Below, piece by piece: positions 7,831 to 17,586 of a DNA stretch of 42,482 bases (the stretch's first letter is position 1; each line of letters starts with the position of its first letter). Below the pieces are notes generated by a model. The model ran no database searches. It was not told the origin of the DNA and was given only the letters and a program-made list of their open reading frames with translations. The translations under genes and the position numbers were made by a program. The stretch lies in assembly GCA_002422225.1 (NCBI GenBank), contig DITX01000173.1:7593-50074 (forward strand). The letters run 5' to 3'. The stretch comes from Gammaproteobacteria bacterium UBA6173. GTDB lineage: Bacteria; Pseudomonadota; Gammaproteobacteria; Pseudomonadales; Pseudohongiellaceae.

Positions 7831-9897
7831 TTACATCATATCCTGTGGATCAACATCAACCGACCAGCGTACGTGCCGCTGACTGCTCAGGCCTTCCAGT
7901 TGTAAAGACAGCGTGCTGAGCAAAAGTTGCAAGTCCTGACGATGATGCGCCCGGACCAGTAACTGCTGGCGAAAACGATTGGCGCGTTTCTCCATCGGAG
8001 CAGGTAAGGGGCCATTGATCATGATGCGTTGTTGCAGGTGCTGCTTGTCACAAATTTGTTCGGTTAATGCGCGGGCTTTCATTAAAAACTCAAGCGGAGC
8101 CTGACTGTTAATAGCGTCGGCCCTGATGCAGGCCAGATGCGTAAACGGCGGCATGCTGGTGTGCTGGCGTTCCTGCATCAACTGCTCCGCCAACGCATGG
8201 TAGCCTTGGTTGATTAATATGTGCAGGCTTTGGTGAGTTGCGTGCTGGGTCTGGATCAGCACTTCGCCGGGTTGTTCTGCCCGGCCCGCGCGCCCTGCTA
8301 CTTGTGTTAACAGTTGTGCCATAAATTCCTGACCACGAAAATCGGCACTGAACAGCCCGCTGTCTGCCTCCAGCACGGCCACCAGCGTGACCTTTGGAAA
8401 GTGATGGCCCTTGGCCAGCATCTGAGTGCCCACCAGAATGCAGGGCTCCCCCTGTTGCACTTTGGCCAACAGGCGCTCGAGTTCATCCTTTTTGCGGGTG
8501 ACGTCCCGGTCAATTCTGATTACGTCGGTGGTGGGGAAGCAGCTTTGCAAAAAGGCTTCACTGCGCTCGGTACCGACACCCACTGCTTGCATGGATTTTC
8601 CGCCACAATCAGGGCAGTGCCGAAATACCGGGTGGCGACGCTCGCAATGGTGGCAACACAAATGCGGCGGGCTTTTGTGGATTGTCAGGCGTGCATCGCA
8701 GAACTTGCATTCCGCAGTCCAGCCACAATCGCCGCATTGCAAGACGGGTGCAAAACCCCTGCGATTGATAAAAACCAGTACCTGATTGCCGTCATTCAGA
8801 TGCTGTTGGATGTGTTCCAGTAATTTGCCGGAAAAACCCTGATTCATGTCTTGGGCATGGGTATCAATCAACACAAACCTTGGTTTGTTGGCAGAGCCGG
8901 CGCGCTCTGTCAGTCGCAAGCGCGTGTAACGTCCTGATGCGGCGTTTTGCAGGCTTTCAAGACTGGGCGTGGCCGATCCAAGCACAATCGGAATCTGTTC
9001 TGCCGATGCTCTCATGACAGCGAGGTCGCGTGCCGAATAGCGAAAGCCATCTTGTTGTTTGAATGAGCTGTCGTGCTCTTCGTCGACAATGATCAGCCCG
9101 GGCGCCGCCATGGGTGTAAACACGGCCGATCGCGTCCCGATAATGATGCCGGCCTGCCCAGATGATGCAGCCAGCCAGGCGTTCAGTCGCTGTCTGGTCG
9201 TTAGACCGGAGTGCAGCACGGCAATGGGCTCGTCAAAGCGTTGCTGGAAGCGCGCCAGCGTCTGTGGTGTCAGACTGATTTCAGGGACCAGCACCAGTGC
9301 CTGTTTGCCTGCTGTCCGCGTTTGCGCGATGGCTTGCAGATACACTTCGGTTTTTCCGCTACCGGTGACGCCATCCAGTAAAAATCCCTGATAACGTCCC
9401 AGCGCTTGAGTGATCTGATCGCAGGCAGTTTTTTGGTCTGGGTTGAGCAACTGCTCTTGTTCAGCAGGGTATGCGTGTTCTGCGCCGGACTTTTTCTTGT
9501 CCATAGCCCGAATCTTGAGCTGGGCGGGGGCTGTCCCACGCAAGCCGGCTGGCATCAAGGTGTGTAATGCATCGCCGATGGGGTGCTGATAATATTTTGC
9601 TGCCCACAACCAGAGACTCAGCAGGTGTGCGGGAATCAGAGGCTCGCTGTCCAGGATGCGTATAACTGGTTTGAGCTTGTTGATCTCCAGCAATGAGCTT
9701 GAGTCCAGTTCAAGCAGCACGGCGGTCAACTCGCGATTTCCAAAGGGAACCAACACCCTGATGCCAGGTTTGAGCGCTGGATAGTCGAGCAGCAAGCTTG
9801 ATGGCAGCAGGTAGTCAAAGCTGCGGCGCAGGGGTGTTGGTACCGCGACCCGGGCTATAACGGGGCATGGCAGCTCGATGAGTGAGGAATCAGACAT
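7831..9897 (-). CDS. priA: Primosomal protein N' (replication restart helicase)
   Basis: GVTGSGKTEVY, DEEHD, four CxxC motifs, GTQMLAKGHHFP, QVAGRAGR, WSVDVDP; start taken as ATG 9897. Confidence 0.97.
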   Translation of the reverse strand: MSDSSLIELPCPVIARVAVPTPLRRSFDYLLPSSLLLDYPALKPGIRVLVPFGNRELTAVLLELDSSSLLEINKLKPVIRILDSEPLIPAHLLSLWLWAAKYYQHPIGDALHTLMPAGLRGTAPAQLKIRAMDKKKSGAEHAYPAEQEQLLNPDQKTACDQITQALGRYQGFLLDGVTGSGKTEVYLQAIAQTRTAGKQALVLVPEISLTPQTLARFQQRFDEPIAVLHSGLTTRQRLNAWLAASSGQAGIIIGTRSAVFTPMAAPGLIIVDEEHDSSFKQQDGFRYSARDLAVMRASAEQIPIVLGSATPSLESLQNAASGRYTRLRLTERAGSANKPRFVLIDTHAQDMNQGFSGKLLEHIQQHLNDGNQVLVFINRRGFAPVLQCGDCGWTAECKFCDARLTIHKSPPHLCCHHCERRHPVFRHCPDCGGKSMQAVGVGTERSEAFLQSCFPTTDVIRIDRDVTRKKDELERLLAKVQQGEPCILVGTQMLAKGHHFPKVTLVAVLEADSGLFSADFRGQEFMAQLLTQVAGRAGRAEQPGEVLIQTQHATHQSLHILINQGYHALAEQLMQERQHTSMPPFTHLACIRADAINSQAPLEFLMKARALTEQICDKQHLQQRIMINGPLPAPMEKRANRFRQQLLVRAHHRQDLQLLLSTLSLQLEGLSSQRHVRWSVDVDPQDMM

Positions 9898-10066
9898 AAG
9901 GTAACTGGCGCAGGTCAGCGAGCATGAATGAGTGCGGTTCCGACCGGGTGTCATTTTGTAGCGGGCGATTATAACTGGTTTTAGCGGGGGCAGGCTTCCA
10001 TTATACTCACGCCAACAATGCCACCCGTTTGAGGTGGGCAACTCAAGGCTAACAACAGGAGCTATC

Positions 10067-10387
10067 TTGAACAGCAATAATACTCAGGCCGCTGCTTTGA
10101 ATGAGCTACTCTCTTTGCGTCAGCAGATTGACCGTCTGGACCATGCGCTGGTCCTGCTGTTGGCCAACCGTTTTGCGTTGACCCAAAAGGTCGGGGAGCT
10201 CAAGGCAAGTGCAGGTCTGAACTCGGTAGATCCAAAGCGTGAAGAAGAAAAACTGGCCAGTATCCGCAATTTATGTGAGGCACATGAGCTCAACCCAGAT
10301 CTGTTAACGGACATTCTGGCGCAAATCATGCGCGAAACTGTGCTCAACCATGAAAGAATCCGTGCCCAGACTGCTCAGTCAGTTTGA
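10067..10387 (+). CDS. Stand-alone chorismate mutase type II (AroQ-like)
   Basis: LRQQIDRLDHALVLLLANRFALTQKVGELK...DPKREEE; probable TTG start after AGGAG. Confidence 0.85.
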   Translation: MNSNNTQAAALNELLSLRQQIDRLDHALVLLLANRFALTQKVGELKASAGLNSVDPKREEEKLASIRNLCEAHELNPDLLTDILAQIMRETVLNHERIRAQTAQSV

Positions 10388-10557
10388 GTGCTCTTGCTTA
10401 GTCGCTATTGTCTGTTACAATGGCGCCCTTTTTTCACTAGCCACTAATGGTCAATCCAATTGGGGATTGTCTGCGATGTGGTACTTGCTCAGGTATGGTG
10501 CGTGCCCGGAAGTAGTCGCTGGCGCGTGGCGATACCAGTAATTTTCGAGGATATACC

Positions 10558-10770
10558 ATGAAAGCCGATATTCATCCAAAGTACGTTGCGATCAAAGCTA
10601 CCTGCAGCTGTGGCAATGTGATTAACACTCGTTCAACGCTTGGCCATGACATGTTGATCGACGTGTGCGCAGCCTGCCACCCGTTCTACACGGGCAAACA
10701 GAAGATTCTTGACAGCGCGGGTCGTATTGACCGTTTTAACAAGCGCTTTGGCAACCGCACAATCAAGTAA
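10558..10770 (+). CDS. rpmE: 50S ribosomal protein L31 (Zn-binding type A)
   Basis: [13 protein letters not shown]...[23 protein letters not shown]; GAGG RBS. Confidence 0.98.
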   Translation: MKADIHPKYVAIKATCSCGNVINTRSTLGHDMLIDVCAACHPFYTGKQKILDSAGRIDRFNKRFGNRTIK

Positions 10771-10786
10771 GTTTGATTCGTGTGAA

Positions 10787-10832
10787 AGCCCCAAAAAAAA
10801 GCCCCGCTGGTCGGGGCTTTTTTTTTGGGGCT
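10787..10832. terminator. Bidirectional intrinsic terminator between rpmE and mrcA
   Basis: AGCCCC-A8-GCCCCG-ctggt-CGGGGC-T9-GGGGCT between convergent genes. Confidence 0.9.
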
Positions 10833-10846
10833 GCGGAATTTGATGA

Positions 10847-13156
10847 TCAGAATATGATTTCGGTAGACAGGGTGTTCTGGTTGTCACGATTGGGTGTGCG
10901 TGGTTGCTGTTGATTGCGCATTTCCGCCGGGGCCGATTCAGCCATAAACACTTCGAACATGGTGCCAGCCTGTCCCGGCCTGGCGATTTCGCCGGTTTCC
11001 CGATCGATCAAGCGGTCAACCAGTCCATCCGGGCGATGCATGGTATTTTCCGGGCGCCCTTCAAGCGCTTTTTTCATGTAGTCGATCCAGATAGGTACAG
11101 CGACCGTCGCGCCTTGTTCGGATTCACCCAAGGCCTCAGGTGTGTCAAACCCGACAAAAACGCTGGTGGCGATATCGCGATTAAATCCTGTAAACCACAG
11201 CTCCGCAGGACCGTTAGTGGTACCGGTTTTACCCATCAGGTCACGTCGATCAATCTCACGTGCCACGCGTCGGCCGCTACCGGCCTCCACAACACTGCGC
11301 AGCATGGTATTCAGAATGTACGCGACCCGTGGATCGGTAACAGATTCGGTTTCAGGCGTCTGGGCTTCAAACACCACACCTTGCAAGGTTTCAATTTTCT
11401 TGATCAACGTGGGCTGTAAACGGTAACCCCCGTTGGCAATCATGGCGTAGGCCGTTGCCATTTCCAGAGGTTGTACGTCCTGGCTGCCCAGCGCAATGGT
11501 CAAATCGTTGCGCGGGAAGTTCTCGGTTCGGAATCCAAAGCGACCCGCAAAATCAAATACTTTTTCCCAGCCTAACTGGTCGAACAGGCGCACAGCCGGT
11601 ACGTTTCTGGAGTCTTTGATGGCATTGCGCAGGGTGATAGGCCCTACAAAGTTGCGTTCGTAGTTCTGTGGCCGATAATCACCGCGCGAGAATGGCGCAT
11701 CGTTTATCAAAGATGCGGGGGTATAGCCAGCTTCCAGCGCAGCGCCGTAAAGGAAAGGCTTAAACCCGGAACCCGGTGGTCGCGAAGCGATGGCACGGTT
11801 TACCTGGCTGTATCGAAAATCATAACCGCCAACCAGCGCAAGGATGTCGCCGTTGTCCGGTGACACCGAGACAATCGCGCCCTGCAGTTCTGGCACCTGG
11901 CCCAGTTGCCATTGACCCGCCGGGTTTTGGCGCAAGCGCACAACATCGCCTACTCGCGCAACATCCGACGCTTGAGATGGAATCGGCCACGCGTTATCCC
12001 GGGTAATAAATGGCCGTGCCCATTCGAGTCCTGACCAGTTGACGGTGATGGTTGAGCCATCTCGCAACATGACGCCGATCGAGCGATCAAGCACATTGGT
12101 CACGATGCCAGGCACATGGTTGCCATAGTCCGGCCGCACGGCCAGTTCGCTCATCCAGCGCTCGTGTTGATCATCGCCAGTCGCCGACAGTCTGGCTTCG
12201 GGACCTCGATAGCCGTGACGTCGATCGTAGTAATTTTCAAGGCCATTGGTCAGCGCTGCCGTCGCAGCATTCTGCATGTCGCTCTGAATGGAGGTCACCA
12301 CTTCTATGCCCAGACGATAAATGTCTTCGCCGTACTCGGCATACAATTGTTGTCGCACCATCTCCGCAACATAGGGGGCATTAACTTCAATGGTGCGCAT
12401 GTGCCGTCGGGCATTGACCGGTTCTGCCAGACTTTGGGCATGTTGTTCGCGGGTAATCATGCCTTGCGCCAACATCTTGTTGATCACAACATCGCGGCGG
12501 ACTCTGGAACGTTCTGGGTCAGTAATCGGATTGCAGACTGATGGGCAAGGCAACAGTGAAACCATGGTTGCCATCTCGCCAATCGTCATCTGATTGACCG
12601 TTTTGCCATAATAAACGGCGGCGGCAGAGCTGATGCCCTCAGCGCCTTGACCAAAAAAAACCAGGTTCAGGTACAGAGTCAGAATTTCTTCTTTGGTTAA
12701 CTCTTGCTGTAGCCTCAGGGCAAACGGAATTTCTTTGAGCTTGCGAGCATAGACGCTGTCGCTGTCAAACGAGATGTTGTTGGCGAGCTGCATGGTAATG
12801 GTGCTGCCGCCACCTAGATTGACGCCGCGCACAAAGCCATAAAAGCCGCGCACCAGGCCACGAAAATCAACACCGGGATGCGAATAAAAACGCGCATCCT
12901 CGCTAGCGATCACCGCGTTGATCATCATGGGCGGGATTTCTTCATAAGTGATTGGGTCGCGCCGCACGCCGATTTCTTCAATCAGTTTAAAATCTGCGGT
13001 CACAATACGTAGAGGTGTTTCCAGCTGCACTTGCCGATAGGTTTCAGCAGAGGGTAGCTGAGGCGACAAATACAAATAGGCGGCGGATGCCACCATCAAT
13101 ATCCCGCTCAGGCAAAAAATGCCGAACCAAAACAGGAGTTTGATGAGTTTCATCAT
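10847..13156 (-). CDS. mrcA: Penicillin-binding protein 1A
   Basis: EDARFYSHPGVD, GGSTITMQLA, RKLKE transglycosylase motifs; SGFK, SRN and KTGT transpeptidase motifs; divergent from pilM. Confidence 0.95.
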   Translation of the reverse strand: MMKLIKLLFWFGIFCLSGILMVASAAYLYLSPQLPSAETYRQVQLETPLRIVTADFKLIEEIGVRRDPITYEEIPPMMINAVIASEDARFYSHPGVDFRGLVRGFYGFVRGVNLGGGSTITMQLANNISFDSDSVYARKLKEIPFALRLQQELTKEEILTLYLNLVFFGQGAEGISSAAAVYYGKTVNQMTIGEMATMVSLLPCPSVCNPITDPERSRVRRDVVINKMLAQGMITREQHAQSLAEPVNARRHMRTIEVNAPYVAEMVRQQLYAEYGEDIYRLGIEVVTSIQSDMQNAATAALTNGLENYYDRRHGYRGPEARLSATGDDQHERWMSELAVRPDYGNHVPGIVTNVLDRSIGVMLRDGSTITVNWSGLEWARPFITRDNAWPIPSQASDVARVGDVVRLRQNPAGQWQLGQVPELQGAIVSVSPDNGDILALVGGYDFRYSQVNRAIASRPPGSGFKPFLYGAALEAGYTPASLINDAPFSRGDYRPQNYERNFVGPITLRNAIKDSRNVPAVRLFDQLGWEKVFDFAGRFGFRTENFPRNDLTIALGSQDVQPLEMATAYAMIANGGYRLQPTLIKKIETLQGVVFEAQTPETESVTDPRVAYILNTMLRSVVEAGSGRRVAREIDRRDLMGKTGTTNGPAELWFTGFNRDIATSVFVGFDTPEALGESEQGATVAVPIWIDYMKKALEGRPENTMHRPDGLVDRLIDRETGEIARPGQAGTMFEVFMAESAPAEMRNQQQPRTPNRDNQNTLSTEIIF

Positions 13157-13368
13157 GAGTAGCAGTCCCGCATTGACGACCTGGTGGTATGACGACCGAA
13201 TTGGACCAATAGACCGCCAAAAATGGCGACTCTTTTCATAGTGGGTGATTATACCCCTCATTTTGAGGGAATGCCCCAGTAAAAATTCTGGCAGACAACA
13301 CGGGTTTCGGCTAAAAAACTGATGAGTTGTAAACGATGCGCCTGACATGACCAGGGAAGGACATGTAA

Positions 13369-14304
13369 ATGCTCAATGGCTGGAAGCCTGTTATTGCAAT
13401 AGACATAGGCAGCTGTGCAATCAAGCTGGTAGTAATGAGCAGACGGCGTGATCGGTGGACGCTGCATGCCAGTATAAACAGACCTTCTGCAGGCAATGCC
13501 GCCGGGACATTGGCGATGCTGCTGAAAACCGTGCCGGAGTTCTTATCCAAACGCAAACCGACAATCCTGGTGACCGTACCCTGTGCAAATGTGATGCTGC
13601 GCAGACTCTTGTTGCCGCGTCTGTTGAGTGCGGACCAGATCGATCTGGCCGTCAGAATGGAGATTGAAAAGGACTTTCCACCGGATGAGCACCCGGGGCT
13701 GTTTATTGACTACGACGTGATTCCAGACCCTACATCGCGCCTGGGCAGCGAGTCGACAAACACTCAAGCCTGGCTGGCCGCAGCCAGCTCCGCCATCGTC
13801 ATACAATCTGTGCTTGATACCCTAGCCAGTGCCGGCGTTGCCCCCGCACAGATTGCTGTGGATGTGCTGGTGCTTGATCGCTTTGGTGATTGTGCTGAGC
13901 GGAGCACTGCCCAGTTTTTATACATTGATGCCGGCTTCAGCGGGATACGTTTGTACGCGCTGTGCGGCGGGGTGCCGGGATACATACGCAGCCACTCATT
14001 CGGGAATAATGAGTTGGCATGTCTGGGTGCACCGGAGTTTCTGCTCACGTTGCGCAGGGCGCTGCAGCAGTATCGGCTGTCTGAAATGCTGGTACAGCCA
14101 TCGCGTGTTTTTGTTTATGGCGGCAGATCTGGCACGGCTGGCCTTGGTGACTTGGTCAAACAGTATTGCGGGTGCGACGCGTATATTTTAAACCCGCTCA
14201 ATGATTGGCCAATAGATGATCCCGGCACAGAATTGTCACAGACCGTTAGCGCAGAAATGGCGCCAGCCATCGCGCTCGCCATGCAGGAGTCACGACAATG
14301 GTGA
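13369..14304 (+). CDS. pilM: Type IV pilus/competence assembly protein PilM-like (diverged)
   Basis: IAIDIGSCAIKLV actin-like N-terminus, IDAG, YGG, NP motifs; position in the mrcA-pilMNOPQ-aroK block. Confidence 0.75.
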   Translation: MLNGWKPVIAIDIGSCAIKLVVMSRRRDRWTLHASINRPSAGNAAGTLAMLLKTVPEFLSKRKPTILVTVPCANVMLRRLLLPRLLSADQIDLAVRMEIEKDFPPDEHPGLFIDYDVIPDPTSRLGSESTNTQAWLAAASSAIVIQSVLDTLASAGVAPAQIAVDVLVLDRFGDCAERSTAQFLYIDAGFSGIRLYALCGGVPGYIRSHSFGNNELACLGAPEFLLTLRRALQQYRLSEMLVQPSRVFVYGGRSGTAGLGDLVKQYCGCDAYILNPLNDWPIDDPGTELSQTVSAEMAPAIALAMQESRQW

Positions 14305-14831
14305 TCAATTTATTGCCATGGCGGCAGTCACTCTATAAAAAACGTAAGCGCCAGATCTTGCAGATTCTGGTCTGCATTTTTGTGTGTCAGCTTGGTGTCG
14401 GGATATTGCTGGTCAGGGCACACAATGCACGCGATCAGTATGCACAACAGCGTCTGGCAGCGATACAAAGCGAGGTGATCAATGCCGAATTTGATCGGCA
14501 GTTTTTGCAGCAGCAGTACGAGGTCCAGTTCGCGAAAACTGCGGTGCTGCAAGAGACGCTGACGCGCTGGCAACAGAATGCAGATTGGCAAAAAATGATG
14601 CGGGATTTAGGAAGCCTTGGAACAACAGTGCATGTCAGACAGGTAGCCTGGACTGACAATCGACTGCAGTTTTTTGGAGAAGCCAATGATGCGGCTGCGA
14701 TCAGAGATCTTAAAAATACCTTTGCGGCACAACAGCAAAACCGGCAGATCGAGCTGGCAGCCAACGGAAAATATCAGTTTGTCATTTCTACAGAGCCTGA
14801 AGACATTTCCAGGGGAAGAGGTGACAGCTAA
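14298..14831 (+). CDS. pilN: PilN-like assembly protein
   Basis: INLLPWR motif followed by a TM helix and coiled coil. Confidence 0.8.
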   Translation: MVINLLPWRQSLYKKRKRQILQILVCIFVCQLGVGILLVRAHNARDQYAQQRLAAIQSEVINAEFDRQFLQQQYEVQFAKTAVLQETLTRWQQNADWQKMMRDLGSLGTTVHVRQVAWTDNRLQFFGEANDAAAIRDLKNTFAAQQQNRQIELAANGKYQFVISTEPEDISRGRGDS

Positions 14832-15613
14832 TGCAGTTCATCGACATTAGTAGTTTGTTGAGCCGTGTGACCACAAGCAATTTCCGCTATGGGTTTGATG
14901 TGTCTGCGATTGGTCAATGGAGCGCCGTGCAGCGTGCAGCGCTGCTTGTGGTTTTCGCAATCATCAACGTCTTGTTTCTGTTGGCACTCTGGTATTGGCT
15001 GGCTGTCAGTGCAAGAGTTGCCGAACACGCTATCTACCTTGAGTCTCATGAGACACTTCTCAGTATTCAAAGCGAAAATCAGATGCTGTTGGCGAAGAGT
15101 CTTATGCTGCAGCAGTCCGCTTTTTATTCTGATGTGATTGCCGAAAACAACAGTGACAAGCCTGAGTTGAGTTATTTGCTTGATCTGTTGCGGGTGCTTG
15201 CCCGATCAACACAAGTCCGTTTGCTGCACGTGCGCCCGGATGTGAAGGATATGACGGATATCGGCGGCAGGCTCTCACTTGAGCTGCGTGCGCAGGTATC
15301 GCTGCGCACACTCGCCAGCTTCTGGTCTGATTTGATCCGGGAAGTGCCTGATGTGGAAATGCTCGATTTTGATTTGCAGCGCATAGCCGATTCCCAAAAA
15401 TACGAGTTGGCAATGAGCATGGTTGTTGCAACCGGGACGCACATTGATGAGCAGCGGTTGCTGCATTACCAGACGTTTGCCGATCAGCTTACCGTCCAGC
15501 ACACAGAAAAGGGCGCATACAATAAGGGGTTTATTCTTGATAAGGATGGCAAAAACCTTGTGTATCTGCGAGGAGACGAGCATGGGCATCTGCACCGTGT
15601 CACCTCGAATTAG
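14831..15613 (+). CDS. pilO: PilO-like protein with PilP-like C-terminal tail
   Basis: 'IGQWSAVQRAAL' then TM helix, 'ELSYLLDLLRVLARSTQVRL' PilO-like segment; syntenic position. Confidence 0.6.
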   Translation: MQFIDISSLLSRVTTSNFRYGFDVSAIGQWSAVQRAALLVVFAIINVLFLLALWYWLAVSARVAEHAIYLESHETLLSIQSENQMLLAKSLMLQQSAFYSDVIAENNSDKPELSYLLDLLRVLARSTQVRLLHVRPDVKDMTDIGGRLSLELRAQVSLRTLASFWSDLIREVPDVEMLDFDLQRIADSQKYELAMSMVVATGTHIDEQRLLHYQTFADQLTVQHTEKGAYNKGFILDKDGKNLVYLRGDEHGHLHRVTSN

Positions 15614-16904
15614 ATACCAACAGAGCCGTATTGCAGGGGTGTTGTTGTGTTTTATGTTTGCTGTGTCCCCAGGTGCCGCTGATACCTCAGACACACTGCT
15701 CACCATGAATTTTGTGGAACTGCCCCTTGCTGATGCTCTGCAGGTAATCGCTGACGAAGTGGGCTTGAATCTGGTACTGGCAGACGGGCTGACAGGTTCT
15801 GTCAGTCTTCATATTGAGCAATTACCGGTTGAGCAGGCGCTTGATATGGTGTTGTTCGGTCGCGAATTGGGCTTTCGATTGCGCGGCAGTGTGCTGGCGG
15901 TGGCCGCCACCGAGCATCTTGAGAGGCAAGATGCTGAGCTAAAAAGTCGCGAGCAATTGCTGGACACCTTGGAGACCCGGTTTATGCAGCTTAATTATGC
16001 TGACGGGCAGGCCTTGTTGCAGTTGTTGCTGGGTAGCGACACCCACCCGGTTGGTGGTTTGTTGTCTGAACGCGGTTCTGTGCGTGTGGATCAGCGCACC
16101 AATACATTGATCGTCAGAGACACTCTGGCCAGTTTGCGCGCTGTTGAAGAACTGCTGACGGTGGTAGACGTACCCGTCAAGCAGGTGCGCATCGAGGCGC
16201 GCATTGTCAGTGCAACATTAGACAGTGGTCGCGAACTCGGTGTGCGCTGGGGAGTTACTGCGTCGACAATGCCGCCCGTGTCGGCCGACCTGCCGGTTTC
16301 AGATCTTTTAAGTTTGTCTGCCGATCATCAATTAGCGTCAATTGCCCGGGTTGTTGGGGTCAGAGATCGTCGTGTGCTTGACCTAGAAATTGCCGCGCTG
16401 GAACGGGCTGGCGAAGCAGAATTGATCGCCCGCCCTCGGGTTACAACGCAGGATAATATGGCCGCGCTGATTCAGTCAGGTGTGCGCATTCCTTATCAAG
16501 CGCAGGCAGGAGGTACGGCTGGGGGTTCCACCACAGAGTTTGTTGATGCCGTGCTGGCACTGGATGTAACGCCTCTGATTACGCCAGATGGGCGTATCAT
16601 CATGCGATTGAACATACGTCAGGACTCGGTAGCATCCGGGAGTGGCGAGGTGCCGGCAATCAACACCAATACCATCAACACCAGTGTGTTGGTCAATAAT
16701 GGTGAGACACTGGTGTTGGGTGGAATTTTTCGTGAGGAATCCACTCGGGCAGAGGCTGTCACCCCCGGGCTGGGACGGCTCCCCTTGCTGGGCGGCTTGT
16801 TCCGTCGCCAAACCAGTACTCAACATCGTACAGAATTGCTGATTTTTATTACGCCTGAAATTGTGAGCGAGGTGCTTGTGCAGGACGAGTTCGTGCTGCC
16901 TTAG
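15582..16904 (+). CDS. pilQ: Type IV pilus/competence secretin, short form without AMIN domains (PilQ/HofQ)
   Basis: LLSERGSVRVDQRTNTLI, QVRIEARIV, GETLVLGGIF, PLLGGLFR, ELLIFITP; AGGAG RBS before ATG 15582. Confidence 0.92.
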   Translation: MGICTVSPRIRYQQSRIAGVLLCFMFAVSPGAADTSDTLLTMNFVELPLADALQVIADEVGLNLVLADGLTGSVSLHIEQLPVEQALDMVLFGRELGFRLRGSVLAVAATEHLERQDAELKSREQLLDTLETRFMQLNYADGQALLQLLLGSDTHPVGGLLSERGSVRVDQRTNTLIVRDTLASLRAVEELLTVVDVPVKQVRIEARIVSATLDSGRELGVRWGVTASTMPPVSADLPVSDLLSLSADHQLASIARVVGVRDRRVLDLEIAALERAGEAELIARPRVTTQDNMAALIQSGVRIPYQAQAGGTAGGSTTEFVDAVLALDVTPLITPDGRIIMRLNIRQDSVASGSGEVPAINTNTINTSVLVNNGETLVLGGIFREESTRAEAVTPGLGRLPLLGGLFRRQTSTQHRTELLIFITPEIVSEVLVQDEFVLP

Positions 16905-17018
16905 CCGGGGTCCGAGCGCAGCGGGACTGAGGGTTTAACTTGAGTTTTTGAGCCTATACAGGTTAGATTGCGCGCTTGAATTTGAACAGGCCCGCTCAGG
17001 GCGACGGCGGTTTTAGTC

Positions 17019-17558
17019 ATGGCTACGCACAACAATGTATTTCTGATCGGCCCCATGGGGGTTGGTAAAAGTACCATTGGGCGCATGCTTGCGGCGGCCT
17101 TGGGCAAGCCATTTTACGACTCAGATCGTGAAATCGAAGCGCTGACAGGTGCGGATATCCCTTGGATTTTTGACGTAGAAGGCGAAGCCGGATTTCGCGT
17201 GCGCGAAGAGCGCATGGTTGATGCGCTAAGCCAACGCGAGGGCATCGTGATGGCGACAGGCGGCGGCGCCATTTTATCCGCTTTAAGTCGACATAATCTG
17301 CATGAGCGTGGCACGGTCGTGTACTTAAAAGCGTCCTTGGCGCAGCAATTTGAGCGCACCAGTAAAGATCGCAATCGTCCGCTGCTGCAAACCGCTGATC
17401 CCCAAGCCAGAATTCGCGAATTGATGAAAATCAGAGAGCCGTTTTATATCGAAACAGCCCATATCACAATAGACACCAGCCGCCGCGGCCCTCGCGCTGT
17501 GGCCAATGAGATTCTTCAGCACCTGACTGTCAAGCCAGAGGCCGGCGCTGAAAGCTGA
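17019..17558 (+). CDS. aroK: Shikimate kinase
   Basis: GPMGVGKSTIGR, IPWIFDVEGEAGFR, ATGGG, RPLL. Confidence 0.97.
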   Translation: MATHNNVFLIGPMGVGKSTIGRMLAAALGKPFYDSDREIEALTGADIPWIFDVEGEAGFRVREERMVDALSQREGIVMATGGGAILSALSRHNLHERGTVVYLKASLAQQFERTSKDRNRPLLQTADPQARIRELMKIREPFYIETAHITIDTSRRGPRAVANEILQHLTVKPEAGAES

Positions 17559-17586
17559 AACAGTCTACTGACCGGAACCGGACACC

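Noticed and set aside
10787-10832. Long inverted repeat as a MITE or REP element
   Set aside because: Single copy in the window, fully explained as a bidirectional terminator
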